A stretch of 64,000 nt of DNA, from the NCBI GenBank assembly GCA_004431415.1, contig QPMI01000428.1:434001-498000 (forward strand), in the 5' to 3' direction. The position numbers were made by a program, and so were the translations under genes. Below the pieces are notes generated by a model, which had not been told where the DNA came from, did no database searches, and saw only the letters and a list, made by a program, of their open reading frames with translations. Numbering within the stretch: position 1 is the first letter of the stretch; the number at the start of each line of letters is the position of its first letter. The stretch is from Cyanophora paradoxa CCMP329. Taxonomy: Eukaryota > Plantae > Glaucophyta. Shown here piece after piece: positions 12,341-25,800 of the stretch.

Positions 12341-13589
12341 GACCCGTACGCGTTTATAATGAACTTTGGGCGCAGCTGCTGCTATAAAAGGTCCAGTTTG
12401 CGGACCCTGCGCATATGCATGCGCGCGGCGCCGTCGGCGTAGCCTAAAGCTAGCCTAGTAGGCCTAGGCCTAGGCATCGCGATCGCGCGCGCCGTTTACA
12501 TACGAACGTAAATTTTAACGTTGAGTGTTTAAAGGCATCGCCGAGCCTCGGAGTCGGCCGCGGATTATCGATATCGGATCGAGCGCGCCTAGCTACAGGC
12601 CTTATTAAGCGAGCGTTTAGCTACCGTTCCGTAGTACTAGTACGTATATACCAGCTAAAGTACCGTGACAAGTATACGTACCACGTGTAATAGTACTAGT
12701 ACCCCTGTGCCTCTCGATCTAGATCTGACTCTGACCCACCGTAACGTTTTTGACTCCGTCTGCCAGGACCTTGTACCCAGCTTGAATTCCTCTTACGTCG
12801 ACGACTTCATGAGCTGTCATGGCCCTTGAAAGCTCAAGGCGGACCCTACATGAAAGCTCACGGTGAGCCGTGACGCTTTCGCCACAGCCGTTTTTGAACG
12901 AGTACTTTCGAGACAAAAAACCTCGACTCTCGGTCTGAGGCCGAGTTCTCGGAGATATAGATGAAAATGTCGTTTTTAATAATTATAATTAAGTGACTTT
13001 AAGTCAACGTTAAATCATAAACATAATCTCAATTATTATAATTATACATCAAAGTAACCTCATTTATTGACATAATTATATTGAAGCAATCTCAGATTTT
13101 TGAGCGATCATTGCACTTTCCGTCATTGCCGTCATTGCCGACTCAAAGTCAATCGCCGTCAACGGCGTCAAGTCGTCCACTCGTCGACGTCGTCGTCGAC
13201 TCGTCGACCAACTCCGACCGGTACAGTCTCGTCCGGGAGTCCGGGACTCCCCACGGTGGACCGTCGGTGCCACGGTGGTCCGCTTCTTCTTGCTATTAAG
13301 TATTGCTGCCAAGTCATGATCATCGATATCATGGCAATCATATCGATGGCATGATCAACGTTAACCTGCAATTATATAATTTTATATTGCAATGCCAACT
13401 TGCAAGTTGCAACTTGGCAATGCCAACTTGCAAGTTGCAACTTGGCAAGCAGCGATCGCGAGATCCTAGCCGCTGAGCAATTGATGCAATTGGTGCAAGT
13501 TAGCCTAGCAAATTATAAATTAGTGGCGAGATCGCGGCTATAGCTAGCTACAGCCGGCTATACCAAATTACTGCGTTCCATCGGCCTCG

Positions 13590-14052
13590 AAAATGTAAAA
13601 GTTTTGCGAAATTTTTAGAAAAGTTTTGCCCCGAAAGAATCGAAATCATCGTCTAAAGTGCTTCAAATCGCATTCAAACACGTCTTTAACATTGGTGTAC
13701 TCATGTTTATCGATCGCCGGCTTGTGAGAGCTGCTATCTGCACATGAAACCCGCCTGCCCGTGTTTCAAGGCCAAGTATCCCCCCACCCAACAGGAGCCA
13801 GAAGCCCAAAAACTCGCCTAGCTATAGGCCTTCCACGCTCAGAATAGCCTCAGATTGCCTTCTTCGTCGTTTATATCTTCATTAAACATCGCCTGAGCTG
13901 CCGCAAACGATACATTTCGGAGGATGAGGGGGGGTGGGGTGCAAAAAATTTCCAAACATTTTGGAGGCCCGAAACGGGGACCAAAACTTTTCTAAAAAGT
14001 TTTGCAAAAAGTTTTGCATTCTTTTTCCAAAAATTTTGGGCGGCGAACCCTG
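13590..14052. mobile_element. Degenerate MITE-like element
   Basis: AT-rich inverted arms: tttttagaaaagttttg (~13612-13628) versus caaaacttttctaaaaa (~13982-13998). Right end ...cggcgaaccctg is hAT-like (CAGGGTT on the minus strand). Left terminus and TSD not found. Confidence 0.45.
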
Positions 14053-16813
14053 GTCGCCATCAGGTTACGGTCCACTGACGCGGATCGCGAGTAAAATCGG
14101 AGTCATGCCTTCATGATTTCAAGGGCCTTGCAAATTGCAATTGGAATCAAGCCTTATCCGCTTATCCGATGATCCGATGATCCTGACTGAACTTATCCAG
14201 TCGACGCGTACCGTCGCGTACGTCCGTGGCGGGCCGACGGTCCGCCACGACGGTCACGCGTCCGATTGACGGTATAGATCTCCCATGAACTTTCATCCAT
14301 ATCCGACGTTGCCCCCCACCCGCTGGTTCCTGCAGCTGATGCCAGCGCCGCCGGCTCAGGTGGTCCGCTCAGTCGGCTGAGTCGACTCAGAGTCCGAGTC
14401 TGTTGTTCCGAATGGTTTCCCAAATTCCTATTCATCAAAAACCGACCTTAATAGAGGATTCTGGCAGATTGCGTCAACTTGAGCTTGAGATTCGAGTGCG
14501 CGAAAGCGTATCCTTTTTGGATTCGACCAATGGGCGTTCGTCCCTCTTCGGAGCCCCCAGGCAGGCCGGCAGGCTGCACGCTTGTATGCATAGCAGTCTG
14601 ACTTGACGGTTCAGATAACGATCCGCGACCTCCACAGGCTCGCTCTCAATCAGTGCGTCTGGGCCCTGGGACTGGCGCGGCTGGGATGCGCAGGCCTGAA
14701 TTTATAATGCGCGCATTGCACTTGATTCATGCGCCCCCAATTTCATGCTTTTTCTGCTGCATGTGGGCCATTAATTATAATTAGTGAGTCATAGTAACTA
14801 GCCTAAGAAATATGCGCGCAGATAATTATTATGCGCCCGCTATTTAGGTCCGGTAGCCATATTATAGCCACGCATTAATTTCAGGCGCATCAATTATAAG
14901 TGCTACAGAGTTGCACGGTCTATAATTACACCGTTTTACACGGTATGGAATCATTATGATCGATCCCAAAGTCACTGCGGGCTGACACGGACTCAATCGG
15001 TCCGACCGAGTCCGACCGTCTCCGACGTCGACGTCGACGCGTACCGCCGCGTACGGTCGTCGGTCGGCGTCGAGTCGCCGTCGACTCAGAGAGTCGATCG
15101 GATCGCGATTCGCGAGTCGATCGCGATTGGCGACGTCGACTCGCCGAACGCCGGCCTTGTCGGCCCAGGCCGGCGCCTACGCGGGCCCGGCCGCCGGGCC
15201 CAGTACTAGTTAGCCGGGCCCACTGGGCCAGGGCGGCAGGGCCCGGATCCTGAACTTCGGAACTCGGAAGAGTCGGAACTTCGGATCTTGGACCGCCTCG
15301 ATCAACCGTGGCAACATCAGGTCCTCCTGGCATGCGCATGCGCACCCCGGCCGCGGGCCCTCACGGACATATACACTGACACTATATCATATTATATATA
15401 TATATGATATATGCATCTACAGTACCAGGGCGCCGGGCGGAAACCAGCCTGCCGGCCCGGCGGCGGGCCCGGGGCAGGCCCCGGCCAACTTGGCAACTTG
15501 CAAGTTGGCAAGCGCCGCCGCTGCGCCGGCGCCGGCCGGGCGCCCCGCCGGGCCCGCCCGCCCGGGCCGCCGCCGCCGGCGGCCGGCGGCCAGCGCCGGC
15601 CGCCCATCGGCCTTCCCCCGCGGCCCGGGCCCAGGCTCAGGGGCCCGCGCGCCAACCCGGCCGGGGCGCCGGCCAGGGCCCGCCTGCCAGGCTGCAGGCT
15701 GCCGCTGGGCCACCTGCAGCCTGCAGCTGCTGTCAGGCTGAGGCAGCCCGGCCCAGTGAGGCAGCCCGGCCCAGGCTAGCGCTGCTGCCTGGCAGGCCGC
15801 CCCCAGGCCGGCCTCCCGCCCCGGGCCCCTGACTCAGTGAATTCAAAGGCCGCGGCCCGCGGGCAGCTGCAGGCTGCAGCCAGCCTGTAGGCTGCAGTTA
15901 AGCAGGCCTGAATTTTCGAATTCGAAGCGGCCGCGCATGCGCAGGCCTGCCGGCGCCGCCGCGAGCTGTCTGCAGCCTGGCAGCCGCTGAGCTTTCTTAA
16001 TTCTGCAGGCCCTGGCAGCCGCCCTGCAGCTGAGGCCAACATCAGCTAGCTGCAGCCTGCAGTGCAGGCCGCTGTATGCGCAGTGTTACGCACGCGTGCG
16101 TCGGCGCGTTCGACGGTCTGGCTTTGCACCAGGCCAAGGAGCTGCTGCTGCGGCTGTCCTCAGTTCGCATCATATAGACAGCCTAGTTTCGTCGGTAAGC
16201 GCTCAACGTTGAAGGGGCGCGCGTCTGCAGCTTCTTCCTGAGCTGGTACGCTTTTCGACCTCGCCGCTCCCAACGAGTCCGTTAAGAAGCTGGGCCCCTG
16301 GCCATGCATGGTCTCTAGATCTGGACTGACGCAGGCCGGCCGCAGTTGCGCATGCCAGCGGACTCGCGCCAGCTCTCGCTGTGAGGGCTCACATGATCAT
16401 GAGGCGCGCGCACAGGTGCGCCGGATTCGTGCTCGCCGAGTCAAACTTTCATTTCGTCATCCATATATATATATATATATATATATATTCTGTCATTTCG
16501 TCATCCATATATATTCTGTGACTGCTTCTTCGTGCTGCTTCTGCGCCTGAAAGCGGCTCGCATGCGCAGAACGGGGGTTCTTCCCTGCACAGATACGGCA
16601 CCCATGGCCATGTGCGTAATCATACGTATACATATACATATACACGCTCACTGCATAGTACGCTTGCAATCGGAGCTTTAGATCTGCGCCTGTTTACATC
16701 TATATGCTCTCAATCTTCGTTAACGTTCGGCCGCGCCTGGGCTTACTTTATATATATGTGTGTGGTGTGCTCGCAGAAGTTCCGAACCGAACAGGCGCGG
16801 AGCGGCCGTGTAC

Positions 16814-19800
16814 ATGGCCCAGAGTGGCCGATGCAAACGCTTGCTTCTTCCAGTGCAAAAGCAAACGACGATCCTGCACTGTTTCGTGATACTCTCGGTG
16901 CTCGCAGCAGCAATGACAGCTGCAGCACCGCTATGTGCCCCCCCTCAAGCACTGGACGGAGCCTGCACCAACCATGCTTGCAAGAACGAGGGCTTTTACG
17001 TACGACTTCCACCTGTTACAGCTTTGACTTCATTCAACCTCGCATCATTATGATCTTCGCAGGTGGACACTGTGAAGGGTGTTGTCAAGTGCGTCAAGAC
17101 GTGTGAGACGCCGGGGACGACGCGCGTGGTGCGCGCGACTGATTATTCGGCGACTTATTGATCTGATACATATCAATGGTGTGACGCTGCGCATGCTTAG
17201 ATCGCCACGGGCATTTGCGAGGTGGCCGCTTGCAGACCCGGAGATGCCATCGCAGCCGGCACCGCGTGCGACTCCGACGCCACCTGCGCCAGCACGGACG
17301 GACTCTACGTGAGCACTTAACTATGCAGTACTATTCAGTGTCACTAGGAGAGACCCCCCCTTAAAGCTTACTACATACATGTTAGCTTCAGAGTTACACT
17401 GTTATCAATATTAGATCTCTATTAAGCTCTATCTCGATTAAGATCTCTCTCTATGTGTAAGTATACGTAGAGGCGAAACGTCTTCGAACGCAGTTGGATG
17501 GAACCGGACGCTGTGCAAGAACGGACTCGGGCATAGTCCAGAGGCTGCAGCGCTATTGGCGGCGATGGACTGGACAAGAGCACTTGTCACCGGCAGAGGT
17601 GCTGCGCGAACACTTCCACCGCCCGCTTCGAATCAATCAAAACTAATACTACGAGCGTCTCGCCTAGCAGGCCCCAACCCCGGCAGTGCGTACGGGCGCC
17701 GAAGCGTCTCATTCAGAAGCCGAGGTGCCGCTCGCCGTCCCCGGCCGGCCCCGCTCGAATTTTTGAGCCGCCGCACCTGAGATTTCGTGCGCCACCCAAA
17801 GAAGGTGCCGACCGCCAACACACGGAATGGACGCCGGAACTTGTTACAGGAAACCACGGTGCTGCCGCCCACTCAAATGTTCACGCCACAGGAGCTGATC
17901 ACCAGACCTCGTGCGCAGCCAACGCCAACAGAGACGCCGACGGAAACCCCGACGGAGACTCCCACGGAGACGCCGACGGAAACCCCGACGGAGACTCCCA
18001 CGGAGACGCCGACGGAAACCCCGACGGAGACTCCCACAGAGACGCCGACGGAAACCCCGACGGAGACTCCCACGGAGACGCCGACGGAAACCCCGACGGA
18101 GACTCCCACGGAGACGCCGACGGAAACCCCGACGGAGACTCCCACGGAGACGCCGACGGAAACCCCGACGGAGACTCCCACGGAGACGCCGACGGAAACC
18201 CCGACGGAGACTCCCACGGAGACGCCGACGGAAACCCCGACGGAGACTCCCACGGAGACGCCGACGGAAACCCCGACGGAGACTCCCACGGAGACGCCGA
18301 CGGAAACCCGACGGAGACTCCACGGAGACGCGACGGAAACCCGACGGAGACTCCACGGAGACGCCGACGGAAACCCGACGGAGACTCCCACGGAGACGCC
18401 GACGGAAACCCCGACGGAGACTCCCACGGAGACGCCGACGGAAACCCGACGGAGACTCCCACGGAGACGCCGACGGAAACCCCGACGGAGACTCCCACGG
18501 AGACGCCGACGGAAACCCCGACGGAGACTCCCACGGAGACGCCGACGGAAACCCCGACGGAGACTCCCACGGAGACGCCGACGGAAACCCGACGGAGACT
18601 CCCACGGAGACGCCGACGGAAACCCCGACGGAGACTCCCACGGAGACGCCGACGGAAACCCCGACGGAGACTCCCACGGAGACGCCGACGGAAACCCCGA
18701 CGGAGACTCCCACGGAGACGCCGACGGAAACCCGACGGAGACTCCCACGGAGACGCCGACGGAAACCCCGACGGAGACTCCCACGGAGACGCCGACGGAA
18801 ACCCCGACGGAGACTCCCACGGAGACGCCGACGGAAACCCCGACGGAGACTCCCACGGAGACGCCGACGGAAACCCGACGGAGACTCCACGGAGACGCCG
18901 ACGGAAACCCGACGGAGACTCCCACGGAGACGCCGACGGAAACCCCGACGGAGACTCCCACGGAGACGCCGACGGAAACCCCGACGGAGACTCCCACGGA
19001 GACGCCGACGGAAACCCCGACGGAGACTCCCACGGAGACGCCGACGGAAACCCGACGGAGACTCCACGGAGACGCCGACGGAAACCCCGACGGAGACTCC
19101 CACGGAGACCCGACGAACCCCGACGGAGACTCCCACGGAGACGCCGACGGAACCCCGACGGAGACTCCCACGGAGACGCCGACGGAAACCCCGACGGAGA
19201 CTCCCACGGAGACGCCGACGGAAACCCCGACGGAGACTCCCACGGAGACGCCGACGGAAACCCGACGGAGACTCCCACGGAGACGCCGACGGAAACCCCG
19301 ACGGAGACTCCCACGGAGACGCCGACGGAAACCCCGACGGAGACTCCCACGGAGACGCCGACGGAAACCCCGACGGAGACTCCACGGAGACGCCGACGGA
19401 AACCCCGACGGAGACTCCCACGGAGACGCCGACGGGAACCCCGACGGAGACTCCCACGGAGACGCCGACGGAAACCCCGACGGAGACTCCCACGGAGACG
19501 CCGACGGAAACCCCGACGGAGACTCCCACGGAGACGCCGACGGAAACCCCGACGGAGACTCCCACGGAGACGCCGACGGAAACCCCGACGGAGACTCCCA
19601 CGGAGACGCCGACGGAAACCCCGACGGAGACTCCCACGGAGACGCCGACGGAAACCCGACGGAGACTCCCACGGAGACGCCGACGGAAACCCCGACGGAG
19701 ACTCCCACGGAGACGCCGACGGAAACCCCGACGGAGACTCCCACGGAGACGCCGACGGAAACCCCGACGGAGACTCCCACGGAGACGCCGACGGAAACCC

Positions 19801-22800
19801 GACGGAGACTCCACGGAGACGCCGACGGAAACCCCGACGGAGACTCCCACGGAGACGCCGACGGAAACCCCGACGGAGACTCCCACGGAGACGCCGACGG
19901 AAACCCCGACGGAGACTCCCACGGAGACGCCGACGGAAACCCCGACGGAGACTCCCACGGAGACGCCGACGGAAACCCCGACGGAGACTCCCACGGAGAC
20001 GCCGACGGAAACCCCGACGGAGACTCCCACGGAGACGCCGACGGAAACCCCGACGGAGACTCCCACGGAGACGCCGACGGAAACCCCGACGGAGACTCCC
20101 ACGGAGACGCCGACGGAAACCCCGACGGAGACTCCCACGGAGACGCCGACGGAAACCCCGACGGAGACTCCCACGGAGACGCCGACGGAAACCCGACGGA
20201 GACTCCCACGGAGACGCCGACGGAAACCCCGACGGAGACTCCCACGGAGACGCCGACGGAAACCCCGACGGAGACTCCCACGGAGACGCCGACGGAAACC
20301 CCGACGGAGACTCCCACGGAGACGCCGACGGAAACCCCGACGGAGACTCCCACGGAGACGCCGACGGAAACCCCGACGGAGACTCCCACGGAGACGCCGA
20401 CGGAAACCCCGACGGAGACTCCCACGGAGACGCCGACGGAAACCCCGACGGAAACCCCGACGGAGACTCCCACGGAGACGCCGACGGAAACCCCGACGGA
20501 GACTCCCACGGAGACGCCGACGGAAACCCCGACGGAGACTCCCACGGAGACGCCGACGGAAACCCCGACGGAGACTCCCACGGAGACGCCGACGGAAACC
20601 CCGACGGAGACTCCCACGGAGACGCCGACGGAAACCCGACGGAGACTCCCACGGAGACGCCGACGGAAACCCCGACGGAGACTCCCACGGAGACGCCGAC
20701 GGAAACCCCGACGGAGACTCCCACGGAGACGCCGACGGAAACCCCGACGGAGACTCCCACGGAGACGCCGACGGAAACCCCGACGGAGACTCCCACGGAG
20801 ACGCCGACGGAAACCCCGACGGAGACTCCCACGGAGACGCCGACGGAAACCCCGACGGAGACTCCCACGGAGACGCGGACGGAAACCCCGACGGAGACTC
20901 CCACGGAGACGCCGACGGAAACCCCGACGGAGACTCCCACGGAGACGCCGACGGAAACCCCGACGGAGACTCCCACGGAGACGCCGACGGAAACCCGACG
21001 GAGACTCCCACGGAGACGCCGACGGAACGAGACAACCCGACGGAGACTCCCACGGAGACGCCGACGGAAACCCGACGGAGACTCCCACGGAGACGCCGAC
21101 GGAAACCCCGACGGAGACTCCCACGGAGACGCCGACGGAAACCCCGACGGAGACTCCCACGGAGACGCCGACGGAAACCCCGACGGAGACTCCCACGGAG
21201 ACGCCGACGGAAACCCCGACGGAGACTCCCACGGAGACGCCGACGGAAACCCCGACGGAGACTCCACGGAGACGCCGACGGAAACCCGACGGAGACTCCC
21301 ACGGAGACGCCGACGGAAACCCCGACGGAGACTCCCACGGAGACGCCGACGGAAACCCCGACGGAGACTCCCACGGAGACGCCGACGGAAACCCCGACGG
21401 AGACTCCCACGGAGACGCCGACGGAAACCCCGACGGAGACTCCCACGGAGACGCCGACGGAAACCCCGACGGAGACTCCCACGGAGACGCCGACGGAAAC
21501 CCCGACGGAGACTCCCACGGAGACGCCGACGGAAACCCGACGGAGACTCCCACGGAGACGCCGACGGAAACCCGACGGAGACTCCCACGGAGACGCCGAC
21601 GGAAACCCCGACGGAGACTCCCACGGAGACGCCGACGGAAACCCCGACGGAGACTCCCACGGAGACGCCGACGGAAACCCCGACGGAGACTCCCACGGAG
21701 ACGCCGACGGAAACCCCGACGGAGACTCCAACGGAGACGCCGACGGAAACCCCGACGGAGACACCCACGGAGACGCCGACGGAAACCCCGACGGAGACTC
21801 CACGGAGACGCCGACGGAAACCCGACGGAGACTCCACGGAGACGCCGACGGAACCCGACGGAGACTCCCACGGAGACGCCGACGGAAACCCCGACGGAGA
21901 CTCCCACGGAGACGCCGACGGAAACCCCGACGGAGACTCCCACGGAGACGCCGACGGAAACCCCGACGGAGACTCCCACGGAGACGCCGACGGAAACCCG
22001 ACGGAGACTCCCACGGAGACGCCGACGGAAACCCCGACGGAGACTCCCACGGAGACGCCGACGGAAACCCCGACGGAGACTCCCACGGAGACGCCGACGG
22101 AAACCCCGACGGAGACTCCACGGAGACGCCGACGGAAACCCGACGGAGACTCCCACGGAGACGCCGACGGAAACCCCGACGGAGACTCCCACGGAGACGC
22201 CGACGGAAACCCGACGGAGACTCCCACGGAGACGCCGACGGAAACCCCGACGGAGACTCCCACGGAGACGCCGACGGAAACCCCGACGGAGACTCCCACG
22301 GAGACGCCGACGGAAACCCGACGGAGACTCCACGGAGACGCCGACGGAAACCCCGACGGAGACTCCCACGGAGACGCCGACGGAAACCCCGACGGAGACT
22401 CCCACGGAGACGCCGACGGAAACCCCGACGGAGACTCCCACGGAGACGCCGACGGAAACCCGACGGAGACTCCCACGGAGACGCCGACGGAAACCCCGAC
22501 GGAGACTCCCACGGAGACGCCGACGGAAACCCCGACGGAGACTCCCACGGAGACGCCGACGGAAACCCCGACGGAGACTCCCACGGAGACGCCGACGGAG
22601 ACTCCGACGGAGACGCCGAGCCCAAGCCCCTCCTCGGAGATCCCGACGGAGACGCCGACTCCGAGTCCGTCGCCGAGTCAGACGCCGAGCCCAAGCCCCT
22701 TGCCCAGCCCCTCGCCCAGTCCTTCGCCTAGCCCGAGTCCGTCGCCAAGCCCGAGCCCCTCGCCCACACCGTCTCCCATTCCTCGACCGGCTCCTCCAGT

Positions 22801-25800
22801 CTTCATTACTCCGTCCACGGACGGCCTCGCCAACATCCCGCGCCTCTCCTCGGGAAGAGTCGCTCTCACCCTCAACACGACTGCAGCGGATGCCGTCAAG
22901 ACTGTCACCGTTACTTGCCAGGGGGGAGGGACCACGGCCTCCGGATCTGCCGATCTTACGTCGACTTCGGCTGTGGTCGAGGTCGCACTTGCTGCGGGGA
23001 CTACGTACGACTGCAGTGCCCAGAGCACCAACATCGATATCCTCGGCATCTCCCGCATCTCCGACTTCGCCACGCGGCGATTCACGACTGCCCCAGGACC
23101 TGCCGTCCCCATCATCACTTCACCCGCAACAGACGGCGTGATGGGAGTGACTCGTGTTAATGCTGAAGGACAGGCCTCGCTCAAGATTGGAGTGCTTGCT
23201 TCTGACGGAGTCACTGGCGGAACTCTGACTTGCAGGGCGGCCAATGGAGCTTCCACCTCGGTCACCCTGACAGCGCCTCCTCCTGACAGTCCAACATCAA
23301 TCACCGCTCTGGTGCGCTCGCTGAATTCGTTTTATCAAAGACTTTGTGTTGAATTTCAATTACAGGTTACACTTAACCCAGGCCTGGAGTACACGTGCGA
23401 TGTCTCAACAACGAACTCGCGTGGATCATCGCCCAGTGCGACTAGGAGATTCACCACCGGGGCCCAGCCGGCCCCTCCGCTGATCATGACCCCAACAAAC
23501 AACGCTGTCGACGTGGAGCGGACGAACGAGGGTGTGGTCTCGATCGTGCTCTCCGTGCTTTCTATCGACACTGTCACCAATGCGACGGTTTCCTGCGCCA
23601 CGACCGCCACACTGGCTGCTGTTGCATCCGTCACGGTCTCTGTGCCCGCTGCTCAGACGTCTGTCACCGTCCCAGTGACGCTTGATGCCCTCACTGGATA
23701 CCAGTGCACTGCCACGACAGCGAACGCAGGCGGCTCGTCGGTCGCCACCATGAGCACGTTCGTCACCAAGAAGGGCCCTGCGCCGGTCGTCGCGTCGCGC
23801 AGCATTGCGAGCGGGCCTGCCGTTTGCGATCCTACGAGTCCTGCAAATTATTACCAGATTGTTGGCTGGTCCACCAGCGTTGTCGTCCAGGCATTCGACT
23901 CGGATGGTCTACTTGTTTCCGGGCGCAACGCTGGCACTCTTTCTGCCCAGGTGCGAATCGACCATCTAGTGTGATAATGGACCTCTTTTGCTAATTCTAT
24001 TGACCGCAGCTCGTCTCTCTGACTGCATCCGACCCGACGGACCCTTCGTTCAGCTTTTACGGGGTGTCGCCCGCCTCCGACACCAGCTCGGCCCCCACGA
24101 TCACGAACTTCTTGAACGGTCAGCTTTAATTTCGCACAACCGTTTCTCGTCCAAATCGAAGATGCGACATCCATTTCTGAACGCGATTGCAGGGACCTTC
24201 GAGGTGGCATTCCAAGTGCCGCTTCGCCGAGGCACGTACGAGCTGCGGCTGAGCCTCGATACCGGGGACGCCGCAGCCTCCGGCGCCATCTCCAACTCGC
24301 CGATTCGCTTCTTTGCCCTCCCGTCGACCCAGACGAAGGTCTCCTTTGAGGGCGTCCCCGCTACCGTCAGGGCGTTCAAGGGCTTCCCCATCTCGTTCTC
24401 TGGCATCTACCGGGACAGGTTTGCAGTGCGCTCTTTTCGCTCTGGCTCTCTTACCCACATTTCGTCTCGGCAGCAACGACAACTTCATGGGCCGCATCCC
24501 AGCTGGCGTCGCAACATCGACGTGCCCCGCCGCCTTCGCGTACCGCTCGTCGGCAGGCACGGCAGCCGATGCACCGGTCGCTGCGAGCATATCCGCCTCG
24601 CCGGCTACCCCCGTGGATGTTGTCACCACCAAGGGCACCTACGGCACTGGCGGCACCTGGGTAGACAAATTCGTGCTGACCGGCAAGACCTCCGTGGATG
24701 GAAGCGCGACGGTGACCGTCACTGGCACCGTCGGCGCGTCGTCGTCGACGGTCACGACTATTTCGCTTACGGCCGGCAACATCGCCATTTCCAAGTCGGG
24801 CGTTGTCAGCGACGTCTGCAAGACGTACACGGCAGGCAAACCCTTCACGCTCCGCATCGAGCTCAAAGACGATGCGGGAGCCAAAGTGGACGGGTTCAGC
24901 ACGGTTACGGTCACCCCGACCTACCTCGGCCCGACCTCGTCCGCCGCCGCTCCAGGGTGCGCATATGCTTCCGATGTCTTTTTCGGCTTGATTCGAATTC
25001 GTGGTCATTGACAAGAACCGCAGGGAAATTGTATTCACGCTGCCGGACTCGTTCGTGGCCCTGATTAATCCGAACAGCTTCCCGTCCGCGGCCACCGCAA
25101 CGGTCTCGGCGGGCACCGACGGGTCCTACACAGCCTCTGTGACGGCATTCAAGGCCGGATACTACAGGCTGTCGGTCTCGATCAACGGGCAGCCGGCCGG
25201 TGTCGGCGCGAGCCTTGCCGTGTTCGTCGCCCCCGGAGAGGCGGCGACGGCGCCGGATGCGGCCTTCCCGACCTACAACGCGTCGCGCCTCGAGTGGCTT
25301 GCCAGCCCCAACGCACTTGCCGGCCAGAACACCACCGCGTACCTCGCTGTCCGCGACGCGTTCGGAAATCTCGTGGAGCCCTCCGCTTACGAGTCGATTG
25401 CCTCGGTTACCAACCTCCAGCTGGGCCTCAGCACCACTAGTACTGTTACTGGTTGCCCCTCGAGCTCCTCTTCAATTCCTCTCCCGTGGGCCGCGTCGGC
25501 GGTTACGTTGGCAGCTCCTGCGAATGTTGTCAAGGTGCTGCCTGTTGTCGCACCAACAGGGCTCAGTACAACGTGGGGTGTCGCTGAACAACCCTCAACA
25601 CTTGCGGGAGTCTACCAGATCACGTTCTCAGTGTGCCCCGCCGGCCTTCAGCAGATCCAGGCCTCATATGGCGGGAAGGCCTTCGGCAACAGTTTCCCTC
25701 TGACAGTGAACCCCAACATTCTGGCGGGCATCCAGGGCGCATCTACACTCACGGAAAGCACCGCGGGTCCGCTTGCCGCGGAGGCCGTCAACTGGATTCG

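Noticed and set aside
17336-17401. Tiny element with CAGTGTCACT / AGTTACACTG ends in a mucin-gene intron
   Set aside because: Only 10 bp with a mismatch and no target-site duplication.
17925-22615. 36-bp periodicity as a CRISPR array
   Set aside because: No unique spacers, no cas genes; contiguous coding tandem repeat.
17787-23141. Five 1,500-1,800-aa ORFs on both strands
   Set aside because: Artefact of a stop-free 36-bp repeat; only the + strand TETP frame connects to sensible flanking exons.
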